Assembly: GCA_026393675.1 (NCBI GenBank)
Contig: JAPKZQ010000029.1
Location: 6,108 to 70,107, forward strand
DNA from: Acidobacteriota bacterium
Lineage (GTDB): Bacteria; Acidobacteriota; Vicinamibacteria; Vicinamibacterales; JAKQTR01
Reading direction: 5' to 3'
Length of the DNA stretch: 64,000 nt
Shown here: piece after piece, positions 1 to 8,799 of the stretch
Layout: each line of letters opens with the position of its first letter
How positions within the stretch are numbered: the first letter of the stretch is position 1
Made by a program: the position numbers and the translations under genes
The notes under the pieces: generated by a model
What the model was told of the DNA's origin: nothing
Database searches by the model: none
Seen by the model: the letters and a program-made list of their open reading frames with translations, nothing else

Positions 1-1128
1 GCCGGCGCCGGGAGAGTGGCCATCGGCGTCGGCGAGGATCGCGCGGGCGCGGTAGCGGGTGAGCGCGGCACGGGCAGGCTCGACAAAATGCGCGTCGATG
101 AACCGAGGTCCAGCAACCAATGCGGCTACACGTCCGGCTGTGCTGCGCCACGCGACCAGCACGGTGGCGCTTTCAGCGGTCACCACCCTGCTGCCGGTGG
201 CCGGCGTCGCGGATGCGCGGGCGGTCTCCCACTCGCTCCAGATCGTGGCCATTGCGGCCGACAACCGCTCACTCCCGGCCGCCGCCATCTTCTGCTCGGA
301 GACGCGCGTCGGGGGCTGCCAGGCGCGAGCCTGCGCCTGATAGAACTTGTATTCGGCGCGCGTCAGTCGCCACGTGCCGGCGTTGAGATCGCGTTCGAGC
401 GCGGCGGCTTCTCGGCCGAGGTCGCCGCCTCGTCCAAACTCTCGCAGCACAAGGCATCGACCGTATCGCGCCAGGAGTCCGGCCGGCATCTCCTCGGCGG
501 GGGTGGCTCCCAATCCGGCCAGTTGCTCGTAGGCGCCGAGCGCGCGATCGGGCTGGTGGAGTTGTGCCCGAATCCGGGCGGTTCGAAGGAGCGCGCCTGC
601 GCGAAGCTGTGGGTTGGTCGAGCGTGTGAGCGGATCGAACGCGCGGAGAGCGCCGGCGAGGTCGCGACGCTGGAACTCGAGCCCTTCGCCGGAGGCAAAC
701 GCCGCGATCGTCGACTCCGGCGAGTTTCGTGTGAGCGCCGCAGCCGGGTAAAAGACGAGGCGGCCGGCAGGCCAGACATCGAACGCCCGATCGCCAGTCA
801 GGATCAACGCCGCATCGTCTCCAACGGCCGAAGCCTGCGCCATGAACTCGGCCGGCGCCAGACTGGGAGGCAGCTTTGAGAGCGCGTCGAGCCGCTGCAT
901 GATTTCGTCGATGCCGTGCCGGAGCACGGAGACCGCTGTCTCGGCGGCGTTGTCGAGTCGCTCCTGCGCGCGCTGGGCCGCGAGTGCCCGGTCCTGGGCA
1001 ACGAACTGCCAGGCGAGCCATCCCATCGCCAGCGAGAGCACGCCCGTGACGCCGAGAAACAGCGTCAGCACGTGGCGTGGCGGGCGGAACCAGCGGCCGA
1101 ACGAAGGCGCGATGGGCTGATGCGTCAA
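1..1128 (-). CDS. Sensor histidine kinase, N-terminal transmembrane/sensor region. The gene is partial and runs off the window edge. It is a paralog of the HK at 4141-6051.
   Basis: I hand-translated the minus-strand third frame; it is open from 1128 to position 1 with no stops. The N-terminus LTHQPIAPSFGRWFRPPRHVLTLFLGVTGVLSLAMGWLAWQFVAQDRALAAQRAQERL closely parallels MPLIHWFRPPRYLLTLYLAGAVTGVVCLAWLAGRLLAQEQAVESERARAQL of the HK at 4141-6051. The start is probably a TTG at 1126-1128, so the ORF is not in the supplied track. The two plus and two other minus ORFs over this region look like GC artefacts. Confidence 0.5.
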   Translation of the reverse strand, partial: MTHQPIAPSFGRWFRPPRHVLTLFLGVTGVLSLAMGWLAWQFVAQDRALAAQRAQERLDNAAETAVSVLRHGIDEIMQRLDALSKLPPSLAPAEFMAQASAVGDDAALILTGDRAFDVWPAGRLVFYPAAALTRNSPESTIAAFASGEGLEFQRRDLAGALRAFDPLTRSTNPQLRAGALLRTARIRAQLHQPDRALGAYEQLAGLGATPAEEMPAGLLARYGRCLVLREFGRGGDLGREAAALERDLNAGTWRLTRAEYKFYQAQARAWQPPTRVSEQKMAAAGSERLSAAMATIWSEWETARASATPATGSRVVTAESATVLVAWRSTAGRVAALVAGPRFIDAHFVEPARAALTRYRARAILADADGHSPGAG

Positions 1129-1186
1129 CGGTCCAGATTATGCCGCGTCTCCCGCCAGCCCTGTGTCAGGTTTGTGTGAGAGTGAT

Positions 1187-3286
1187 CTACTTCGCTCTTG
1201 CGACGGGAGCGGCGGCCGCCTTCGGCAGGAAGTTCTCCATCATCCACGCCTCCGCACTGGTCTTCCACGTGCCAATCGCCAGTCGGCGGCCGTCGGGGTG
1301 CAGGCGCAGCCACCACAGTTCGTCCACGGTCAGTCCGAGCCGCTGCGGTTCGCCGCCCTCGGTCGCGACTCGCCAGGCCTGCACGTTTCCCGTCGGCCGG
1401 CCCTTCTGACCCTTGGCGAAGATCAGATAGCGTCCATCCTGCGTCCACGATGCCCACACGCGATAGTTCGCCTCGTCGGCGGGTATCCTGACGACTTCGC
1501 GCGCTTCTCCTCCCGTCGCTGGCAGGACACGCAAGACCAGCGACCGGTCTTCCTCCACGCCGATGACCAGCCGTTTCCCGTCGGGAGATACCGATACCCA
1601 GTTGAGTCCGACCCCTTCGATGACTTCGGTTTCGCGGGCGGACTGTACGTCGCGCGCCAACAGTTGTACCCGGTTGGCGTTCGGAACGTCACGGTGCTTC
1701 ATGTAGAAGATCGTCCTGCCGTCGGGAGACAAGTCGAATCTCGGGTAGTTCCAGTTGCCAGGCAGCGGCATCAGGGGCGTTGCGTGCCCGGATTGCGCGT
1801 CTACACGCATCAGGTTCCCGCCTCTTCCGGACTCGAACGCCGGCACCACGATCGCGCTTCCGTCCTGTGCCCATCGAAGACCCATTCCGATTGTCATCTT
1901 CCCGACCTGCAGTTCGCGTTCCTCGCCCGTGCTGGTGGAGCGGACGACGATGGAAGAGTCCTTCGAAGTCGAATTGCGGATGTAGGCCAGGAACCTGCCG
2001 TCGGGCGACCAGTCCGGGTTGCGCGAGACGCCGACCCAGCGTTGTGAGACGGGCTGGAGCGGCGTGACAAGGCTGCCGGTCGCCGGATCCCATTCCGTGA
2101 TGTGCACCTCCCTGGCGAGATTGAAGAAGGAGTAATAGAAAGCCCCGGCGCGCGTGAAGCCCAGCGCGTGGCCGTTGTAGCCCTTTTTCACCAGTTCGGG
2201 CTCGCCGGCGGCTTTCCCGTCGGCCACGGCGACCAGCCACAGGTCTTTCGACCCCGACCGCTCACTCGAGAAGAGGATATGCCTGCCGTCGGGAGCCCAG
2301 CCCAGCACTTCGTGTGGTGCAAGATCCGGAACCAGCGAAGACCCTCTTCCTGTCTGGACTTCGAACAGCGAGATGCCGTCCTTGACGGCCCAGACGATGT
2401 ACCGTCCGTCCGGCGAGAACACTCCCCCGGGCGACCGGTCCGCCCCCATCGCCTTCAGCAGCTTCGTCGAGCCGTCAGCGACAGCCATCAGCATCATGTC
2501 GCGGGTTCCATCAGTCTTGCCGAACTCTGTCAGCAGGTGCCGACTGTCGGGCGACCACGCCAGTGGATCGACCCTGGACACACCGTTTCCGGAGGCCCGA
2601 AGCACCCGCGGCTTCGAACCGTCGAGGCCGACAACGCGTAGGTCGTACGAGCCGTCAGGGTTGTACCAGTTGTACGCAAGCTGTCTGCTGTCGGGCGAAA
2701 TCAGCGACGACTCCACGGACTCCCCCGACGTGCCATTCAATGCGTTGTTCGTGACAGGCCGATCCTGACCTGTCGCGAGGTCGTGGATGACGAGACCGCC
2801 AGTGCCCCAGTCGGTGAACGACACGAAGCGGCCGTCAGCGGACACGGAACCGATGGAAATTGAGGAGCCGGCGCCAGGACCAGCCCAGACGCGCTTCACG
2901 GCCATCGTCGATCCGCCCGCCGCGCCGCCGCCCCCGGCGAGCGCCGCCAGCTTGGTGCGGGCCTCGGCGGCCACGGCGGCCTGATCGCCGAACTCCCTCA
3001 CAATCTGCTCGTACGCCTTGCGCGCTTCTCGCGTGTCGGTGTCGCCGAGCTTCTCGTAGCACTGGCCCATCCGCAGAAGTGCCTTCGCGGCCACGGGGCG
3101 GTCGGTCGCCTGAGCGAGCTTGCGGTACAGCTCGATGGCCGTCTTCAGATCGCCATCGACCACTTCCTTCTTGATTGCCGCCTCGAGTTGCACGCCGGCG
3201 CTTGTCTGCGCGCCGGTCGTTTGCTGGCCACAAACTCCGCCTGCCGCGAGCACTGCCAGGAGCACCACTATCCATAGTCGCTTCAT
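1187..3286 (-). CDS. Secreted TPR plus TolB-like (PD40/WD40-like) beta-propeller repeat protein
   Basis: Start at MKRLWIVVLLAVLAAGGVCG (signal peptide) with an AGGAGGAAGACC RBS just upstream of the ATG at 3286. The N-terminal region is TPR-like (ELYRKLAQATDRPVAAKALLRMGQCYEKLGD). It then has many SPDGR/WSPDG propeller-blade motifs typical of TolB/PD40 repeats. Confidence 0.7.
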   Translation of the reverse strand: MKRLWIVVLLAVLAAGGVCGQQTTGAQTSAGVQLEAAIKKEVVDGDLKTAIELYRKLAQATDRPVAAKALLRMGQCYEKLGDTDTREARKAYEQIVREFGDQAAVAAEARTKLAALAGGGGAAGGSTMAVKRVWAGPGAGSSISIGSVSADGRFVSFTDWGTGGLVIHDLATGQDRPVTNNALNGTSGESVESSLISPDSRQLAYNWYNPDGSYDLRVVGLDGSKPRVLRASGNGVSRVDPLAWSPDSRHLLTEFGKTDGTRDMMLMAVADGSTKLLKAMGADRSPGGVFSPDGRYIVWAVKDGISLFEVQTGRGSSLVPDLAPHEVLGWAPDGRHILFSSERSGSKDLWLVAVADGKAAGEPELVKKGYNGHALGFTRAGAFYYSFFNLAREVHITEWDPATGSLVTPLQPVSQRWVGVSRNPDWSPDGRFLAYIRNSTSKDSSIVVRSTSTGEERELQVGKMTIGMGLRWAQDGSAIVVPAFESGRGGNLMRVDAQSGHATPLMPLPGNWNYPRFDLSPDGRTIFYMKHRDVPNANRVQLLARDVQSARETEVIEGVGLNWVSVSPDGKRLVIGVEEDRSLVLRVLPATGGEAREVVRIPADEANYRVWASWTQDGRYLIFAKGQKGRPTGNVQAWRVATEGGEPQRLGLTVDELWWLRLHPDGRRLAIGTWKTSAEAWMMENFLPKAAAAPVARAK

Positions 3287-3362
3287 GGTCTTCCTCCTGG
3301 TGCCCAGAATAGGGTGGCCGTGTCTGCCGGCCATCCGGCGATTGTCCAGCCTTCGTCTGGTA

Positions 3363-4037
3363 TCAGCCATCAAAGCGATATCCCATGCCGCGGACGCTGA
3401 TGATGAAGCGCGGCTCGGCCGGATCCGCCTCGATCTTGCGGCGGAGGCCGACGACGTGGTTGTCCACCGCGCGATCGGTGACGTGAACATCGCTGCCCCA
3501 GGCGGCATCGAGCAACTGGTCCCGGCTGAGGACGCGGCCGCGTTGCTCGATAAACGCCGTCAGGAGCTTGAACTCGAGGCTCGAGATGTCGACTAGCGCG
3601 CCTGCGCGCCGCACTTCGCATCGTCGGAAATCCACCTGGATGTCGCCGAATGTGTAGACGCGGGGGAGTTGCCCAGACGAGCGGCGGAGCACGGCTTTGA
3701 TCCGCGCCCGCAACTCCATCGGGTTGAATGGTTTGGTCACATAGTCGTCGGCGCCCATCTCGAGCCCCAGCACCTTCTCGGCGTCCTGCGCCCTGGCGGT
3801 GAGCATGATGATCGGCGTCGCGACGCCGGCGTGGCGCAGCTCGCGGCACACCTGGTAGCCATCCTTACGGGGCAGCATGATGTCGAGCACGATCAGGTCG
3901 AACGTCCGCTCGCGCGCGCGGCGGACGGCGTCCTCCCCGTCGCGGGCCACTGCCACCTCGTAGCCATCGAGCCGCAGATCGTCCTCGAGGCCCATGGCGA
4001 TCCCCTCGTCGTCTTCCACGATCAGGATGCTGATCAT
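3363..4037 (-). CDS. Two-component response regulator, OmpR/PhoB family (REC plus winged-helix domains)
   Basis: MISILIVEDDEGIAMGL, the D...DLIVLDIMLP phospho-acceptor region, and a C-terminal LTAFIEQRGRVLSRDQLLDAAWG....GYRF winged helix. I trimmed the ORF to the internal MISIL start. Confidence 0.9.
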   Translation of the reverse strand: MISILIVEDDEGIAMGLEDDLRLDGYEVAVARDGEDAVRRARERTFDLIVLDIMLPRKDGYQVCRELRHAGVATPIIMLTARAQDAEKVLGLEMGADDYVTKPFNPMELRARIKAVLRRSSGQLPRVYTFGDIQVDFRRCEVRRAGALVDISSLEFKLLTAFIEQRGRVLSRDQLLDAAWGSDVHVTDRAVDNHVVGLRRKIEADPAEPRFIISVRGMGYRFDG

Positions 4038-4065
4038 GCTGTCGTCTCCAATCTCCGCACCACGA

Positions 4066-4095
4066 CTGGACCCCGGCTTCCGCCGGGGTGACGAA
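4066..4095. repeat. 30-bp hairpin-containing repeat CTGGACCCCGGCTTCCGCCGGGGTGACGAA (copy 1 of 2)
   Basis: Identical 30-mer at 34795-34824. Perfect 7-bp stem CCCCGGC/GCCGGGG with a TTCC loop; located in the HK/RR intergenic spacer. Confidence 0.6.
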
Positions 4096-4140
4096 ACACG
4101 TGCTTCATTCGGCAAGACGAAGCCTGCGGAAGACGTCTGC

Positions 4141-6051
4141 TTATGCCGTCGTCTCCACGGGGATCACCATCGTGAACGTGCTTCCGCGGCCCACCTCGCT
4201 CTCCAGCCGCACCTCGCCGCGGTGTGCGTGGACCACGTGGTGGACGAGCGCGAGGCCGATACCAGTTCCCTGGACGCCCGATTCCGCAGCCTGAGCGCCA
4301 CGCTCGAACTTGCGGAAGATGCGCTGCCGGTCCTGCCGCGGGATGCCGATGCCGCGATCGCGCACGGCGATTGACGCGTGCTTTGCATCAATCGACAGAT
4401 CAACCCAGATCATCCGGGACTCTGGCGAGTACTTCATCGCGTTATCGAGCAGGTTCCACAGCGCGAGCGAGAGCATTTCGCGGTCGGCCCGCACAGGGCA
4501 CGGCGTTGATGGCGTCGAGATCTCGAGAGACCAGTCGCTGGCGTAGCTCCGGAATTCCGTCGTCACCGCGCGTACCAGGTCGCCCGCATCGAGCGATTCG
4601 AAGCGGTAGCGTCCGGCGCCGGACTCCGCGCGGCCAAAACTCAAGAGCTTCTCCACCAGGCGATGAAGCCGCTCGCTCTCGCGTACGAGCACCTCGTAGT
4701 ACTGCCCGCGGCGATCATTGCTGATGACGCGTCCCTCGAGCAGCATGTGCGAGAGCTGGCGCATCGAGGTCAGCGGCGTGCGGAACTCGTGTGACACGGC
4801 GGACACGAACTCGGATTGCAGGCGCGCGATGGCCAGCTCGCGCTGGATGCCGCGAAACGTGAAGTAGCTGCTCCCCAGAATCAGGACGCCGACAATGGCC
4901 AGGCCGGTAAGCAGGAGGCGGCGCCGGGCGAGGGCCTCGGCGACGGCACGATTCGGATGGCTGGCGGCGACGGCGATGGTCCAGGGCAGTCCCGTGTCTG
5001 CGGTGGCGCGGGTCGCCTGTGTGCCCGACACGCGCCCGAGGATCGGTTGACCATCACGGTCAGCCAGCGCCACCTGCGCGTTTGCGTCGATGCTCACCTG
5101 CCGGCAGATCGTCTCGAGATACTCTCGGCCGCCGAGCACAGCGCTGATCTGCGGCGGTGCGGTCTTCCACATGGCAAGGACCGGCCGGTCCGCGTGGCGG
5201 ATCACTGCCTGCCCGGCGGTGGGCCGATCCTGCCACTGCTGCCACAGCGCGTCGGTGGCGACCGCGAGAGCAATGGCCGCATCAAGTCCGTTGATGGTTG
5301 TCGCACCCGGGCCAGCCCAGGTGGAAGCTTCGCTGAAGACGAACTCCCATGCGGCGCGTGTGAGTGCCCAGTGGCCGCTTGCGAGATCGCGGCGCAGGTC
5401 ATTGGCCTCGCGCTCGAGAAGGGCGCGCTGGCCGGTTTCGTCAAGCACGCTGCAGCGGGCTTCGCGGGCTATCAGATCCGCAGGCCGTCCGTCGATGCGC
5501 ACATCCTCCACACGAGCAAGCTCAGCGTACGCCTGGAGGGCTTCGGTGTGTCGTCCCGCCTTGCGCAGCGTGCGCCCGAGGCGCACGAATGCACCGGCGC
5601 GAACGGCGCGCGATCGTGCACGTGTCAGGGCTCGGTAGATATCGATTGCGCTCGCCAGACCCGCCTTGCCGAACTCCGCGCGTTCGCCGGCGGTGAAGAC
5701 ACCAGGAGGCACTTCTGATGATGGCGGGACGACGGGAACAAATATCAGGCGGCCGGCCGGGCGGCTGCGGATGGACACGTGATCCGCGATGACGGCCACC
5801 GTGTCCGGCGGGAGTGGGCCATCTTCGGATAACGCCTGCCGTTCCAGTTCGTTGAGGCTTCGCTGAAACACCGCAACCGCACGGTCGGCGGCGACTTCGA
5901 GCTGTGCCCGCGCGCGCTCTGACTCGACGGCCTGTTCCTGGGCGAGCAGGCGTCCGGCGAGCCACGCGAGGCACACCACACCGGTGACGGCACCGGCGAG
6001 GTACAGCGTGAGCAAATATCGCGGCGGGCGAAACCAATGGATCAGTGGCAT
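4141..6051 (-). CDS. Sensor histidine kinase (TM plus periplasmic sensor, HisKA, HATPase_c). It is the cognate HK of the RR at 3363-4037.
   Basis: N-terminal TM helix. H-box SAVSHEFRTPLTSM. N/G boxes LLDNAMKYSP and DRGIGIP......GTGIGLALV. It sits directly upstream of the RR on the same strand. Confidence 0.85.
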   Translation of the reverse strand: MPLIHWFRPPRYLLTLYLAGAVTGVVCLAWLAGRLLAQEQAVESERARAQLEVAADRAVAVFQRSLNELERQALSEDGPLPPDTVAVIADHVSIRSRPAGRLIFVPVVPPSSEVPPGVFTAGERAEFGKAGLASAIDIYRALTRARSRAVRAGAFVRLGRTLRKAGRHTEALQAYAELARVEDVRIDGRPADLIAREARCSVLDETGQRALLEREANDLRRDLASGHWALTRAAWEFVFSEASTWAGPGATTINGLDAAIALAVATDALWQQWQDRPTAGQAVIRHADRPVLAMWKTAPPQISAVLGGREYLETICRQVSIDANAQVALADRDGQPILGRVSGTQATRATADTGLPWTIAVAASHPNRAVAEALARRRLLLTGLAIVGVLILGSSYFTFRGIQRELAIARLQSEFVSAVSHEFRTPLTSMRQLSHMLLEGRVISNDRRGQYYEVLVRESERLHRLVEKLLSFGRAESGAGRYRFESLDAGDLVRAVTTEFRSYASDWSLEISTPSTPCPVRADREMLSLALWNLLDNAMKYSPESRMIWVDLSIDAKHASIAVRDRGIGIPRQDRQRIFRKFERGAQAAESGVQGTGIGLALVHHVVHAHRGEVRLESEVGRGSTFTMVIPVETTA

Positions 6052-6213
6052 CGCGTGGCGTGAAGGCCCTCCGGGGGCTCGCCGGCCTCACGTTGTCATC
6101 GTTCCACGGATTCTATGCGCAATTGTCCGGCCGGCGTCGAGCTTCTGTCAGGGATCGATATGGTGTGCCGGTCGGCGGGGCTGAAGCCCCGCCCTCCATC
6201 GGAGAAACATGCA

Positions 6214-6285
6214 GGCCGGGTCTTCCGCCTTCGCGTGCAGCTTCGGCGGACCGCCGTAACCTCTGTGGAAGCGGTCAGACCCGGC
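6214..6285 (-). repeat. Dispersed MITE/REP-like element, copy A, with terminal inverted repeats CCGGGTCTgACCGCC...GGCGGAAGACCCGG
   Basis: Near-identical (reverse-complemented) to copies at 7589-7669, 29090-29160 and 47917-47986. The core is GGTTACGGCGGTCCGCCGAAGC...GCGAAGGCGGAAGACCCGGCC. It creates the spurious ORF peptides GLPPSRAASADRRNLGG.GQTRR in the track. Confidence 0.8.
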
Positions 6286-6294
6286 GCTCGACGA

Positions 6295-7503
6295 TCACTT
6301 GTTGGCGTTGCGGATGCGCGCCGCGAACTGATCGAGGTACTGCTTCAGCCCTTTGATAACGGCATCGGCGTGCGCGCTCGATGCGCTGCCCGCGACACCA
6401 CCGCTGCGTAGCAGCGACACCTGCACCAGCAGCGGCGAATCCTCGTACGAGAGCTTCGCCGTCGTGTAGGTATAGAGGATGGCGTCGTATCTCGACACGC
6501 AGAAGCCGGTGGCCATGCTGGTCGTCATGATGTTGACGTAGACGTACGTGTCTTCGTCTGCGTTGCGCGCGACCTTCAGCCCCGCGTCGGAGAGGCTCTT
6601 CGAGACAGTCGCTTCAATCGCATCCTGTTTCAGCCCGCAGGTTGTGGCCGACGAGTCCAGGCCCTCAACGACCATGCCGAGTCTGGTGATGCCCTTGAGT
6701 TCTGCATCCGGCTTCTGGGAGCCGATCGGCGCCTGGGCGGCTCCCGTCACGGCAGGCACATCCTGCTTGCCGGGCTCGGCCGCCGCTGGCGGGAGCGCCG
6801 GGCGGTTCGGATCGTAGGCTTTGGTCGCGTCTCTCAGACCGGAGGCGGGCGTCGGCTGCGCACCTGCCTGAGCGGCACCAACGGGCGTTGACGGCTCATC
6901 GGCACGCGTGGGTTCGTACACGCGCGTGATGATGTCGCGGCCGCCGCGCTCGACAAACTGTACCTGCACGATCAACTGTGACGGATCGAGCTTGCGCGAG
7001 TAGGTGTACCGGACCTCACGGCTCTTTTCCACCTTGTATCTCACCACCAGCAGCGCGCCCTCCCACCTCGCGGTCGTGGTCACAGGCGACGCGTCGAGCG
7101 GCTGGAACTCGTCTTTGCCGTCCGGATGGAACCGGCGTGATCGGCCCTGATCATCCGTGATTGAGATCGCGGTCTCCGATTGCACGATGGTCAGGTGCGG
7201 GGAAGGCGTTCGGACTTCGTCCACCAACTGTCTGGCGTTCCGGGCTTCGGCCTCGCTCTCGTTGCGCGGCACGAAGGCGGCTGCCCCGCGGCCTTCCCTC
7301 TCATCCGAACCGGCCCCTGGCGGAATCACGTCCATGCCAAAGCCGACCTCACGCGGAAACTGGCTCAGGGTGCGATTGAGCGTCCATCTGCCGGCGAGGC
7401 TCGGATTGTCGGCCGCCGCGACCGTCTCCCAGCCAGCCACCGCCGCCGCGATGACGGTCGCCCCTATCAAAACCACCATCGAGATCCACCGGCTCATGTG
7501 CAT
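6295..7503 (-). CDS. Hypothetical exported protein with signal/TM anchor, a Pro/Ala-rich linker, and a C-terminal domain of unknown function
   Basis: Start chosen at MHMSRWISMVVLIGATVIAAAVAG (hydrophobic anchor). The upstream part of the ORF-track ORF overlaps repeat copy B. The composition is protein-like (Y/T/V-rich C-terminal domain). Confidence 0.5.
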   Translation of the reverse strand: MHMSRWISMVVLIGATVIAAAVAGWETVAAADNPSLAGRWTLNRTLSQFPREVGFGMDVIPPGAGSDEREGRGAAAFVPRNESEAEARNARQLVDEVRTPSPHLTIVQSETAISITDDQGRSRRFHPDGKDEFQPLDASPVTTTARWEGALLVVRYKVEKSREVRYTYSRKLDPSQLIVQVQFVERGGRDIITRVYEPTRADEPSTPVGAAQAGAQPTPASGLRDATKAYDPNRPALPPAAAEPGKQDVPAVTGAAQAPIGSQKPDAELKGITRLGMVVEGLDSSATTCGLKQDAIEATVSKSLSDAGLKVARNADEDTYVYVNIMTTSMATGFCVSRYDAILYTYTTAKLSYEDSPLLVQVSLLRSGGVAGSASSAHADAVIKGLKQYLDQFAARIRNANK

Positions 7504-7588
7504 GTCCCTTCGAATTCCTGTCCCGACTACCCATCTACTTTCGACGCACGCCGCCAACTTGTGGCCTTGTCGCGCGCCGTGTCGCACG

Positions 7589-7669
7589 CCGGGTCTGACC
7601 GCGTCCACCGAGGTTACGGCGGTCCGCCGGAGCTGCACGCGAAGGCGGAAGACCCGGCCTCCAGCTAGA
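7589..7669 (+). repeat. Dispersed MITE/REP-like element, copy B
   Basis: Same element as 6214-6285 in opposite orientation; intergenic between two minus-strand genes. Confidence 0.8.
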
Positions 7670-7701
7670 ATACCCCCTCCAGCCCGAACAATCCGGCTCC
7701 G

Positions 7702-8799
7702 TCACCGCTTCTCCGTGTACTTCCAGATCACATTTCTGCTGCCCACGAGAAACGACTGACCGCCCCAACCGGTCGGCGTGCCCTGCAGCGCCACCACCGC
7801 CTCGGCATCGTCGTCGGCGCTGTCGGCATAGACCAGGTCCCCGCCGCCGCCGTACACGTATGTGATGTGGTGATGCCGGCTGCCTTTCGACGTGCCCAGA
7901 CAGACGAAGCCCGCGTCACTTCCCGCTACCGGCATCGGCATGCCGCGTGGCCTGGAGAGGCGATTGCCCCAGGGCGCCTTGAGCGAGCGCACCACATTCC
8001 CGTTGATGTCGAGGAACACCAACTCCTCGACACCGTCGCTCAGCACCATGAAGGACGGGCGCGCCCCGCCGGCTGAGCGCGCCACACTGAACCGGTTGAA
8101 CACGTGCGGCGACGTCCAGGTCGCGAGCGGCCGGCCGTCAGCCGAGAAGACCGCCATCTGGTTCTTGCCGTCGGTGTGGTTCTCGGCGACGACGTCGGCG
8201 CGGCCATCGCCATCCATGTCCGCGCAATCAAAATACAACGGGCGCCCGGCAGCGGTGATCGGCCGGAGTGACACGCCAGCCAAGCTCCGTACATCGAGGC
8301 CGGCCCCGCCCGGGCTGACGATTTCCACGCGGCCGTCTCCATCCAGATCGGCCGCGATGGGCTCCTGGAACGAGCCGCCAGGTGAGGTCCAGACAACGCC
8401 GCCGGACTCATCGAACAACACGGTTTGACCGGCCTTCGGGAGGTTGCCCAGGAACCGCAGTTTCCCGTCGGCAGCTCCCGTGACAGCTCTGACCGCCCAC
8501 GGCCCTTCGGGTGAGCGGAACGGCGCGAATCGTTTTTCCTTGCCGTCGGGCCCAAGCAGATGGATCCCATCACTCGCGACCGCGAGAATCTCGTCGGCCC
8601 CGTCCTTATCGAAGTCGCCCTGGCGCAGGTCCGACACGAGGTTCATGTTCGGCCCACGGAAGAGCACGCTCTTCTCGTACTTCACCTTCTCGATGAGGAC
8701 CCCGTCCGGATACGACACCGGCGAGTAGCAGGCGACAACACAGACCGTCGCCGCTGTTGCCAGAACGGCGAACCCGATGACATGCGATTGGCGCATCAC
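7702..8799 (-). CDS. FG-GAP/VCBS-like repeat lipoprotein with calcium-binding-like DxDGDG motifs
   Basis: Lipobox AATVCVVAC after the signal sequence. Repeated DFDKDGADEI, DLDGDGRVEI and DMDGDGRADV motifs typical of FG-GAP beta-propeller blades. Confidence 0.6.
   Translation of the reverse strand: MMRQSHVIGFAVLATAATVCVVACYSPVSYPDGVLIEKVKYEKSVLFRGPNMNLVSDLRQGDFDKDGADEILAVASDGIHLLGPDGKEKRFAPFRSPEGPWAVRAVTGAADGKLRFLGNLPKAGQTVLFDESGGVVWTSPGGSFQEPIAADLDGDGRVEIVSPGGAGLDVRSLAGVSLRPITAAGRPLYFDCADMDGDGRADVVAENHTDGKNQMAVFSADGRPLATWTSPHVFNRFSVARSAGGARPSFMVLSDGVEELVFLDINGNVVRSLKAPWGNRLSRPRGMPMPVAGSDAGFVCLGTSKGSRHHHITYVYGGGGDLVYADSADDDAEAVVALQGTPTGWGGQSFLVGSRNVIWKYTEKR

Noticed and set aside
16-1021. Plus-strand 287-aa ORF and minus-strand 250/138-aa ORFs at the window start
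   Set aside because: All have Arg/Ala/Gly-rich nonsense composition. The third minus frame, hand-translated, gives a clean HK sensor-domain paralog instead.
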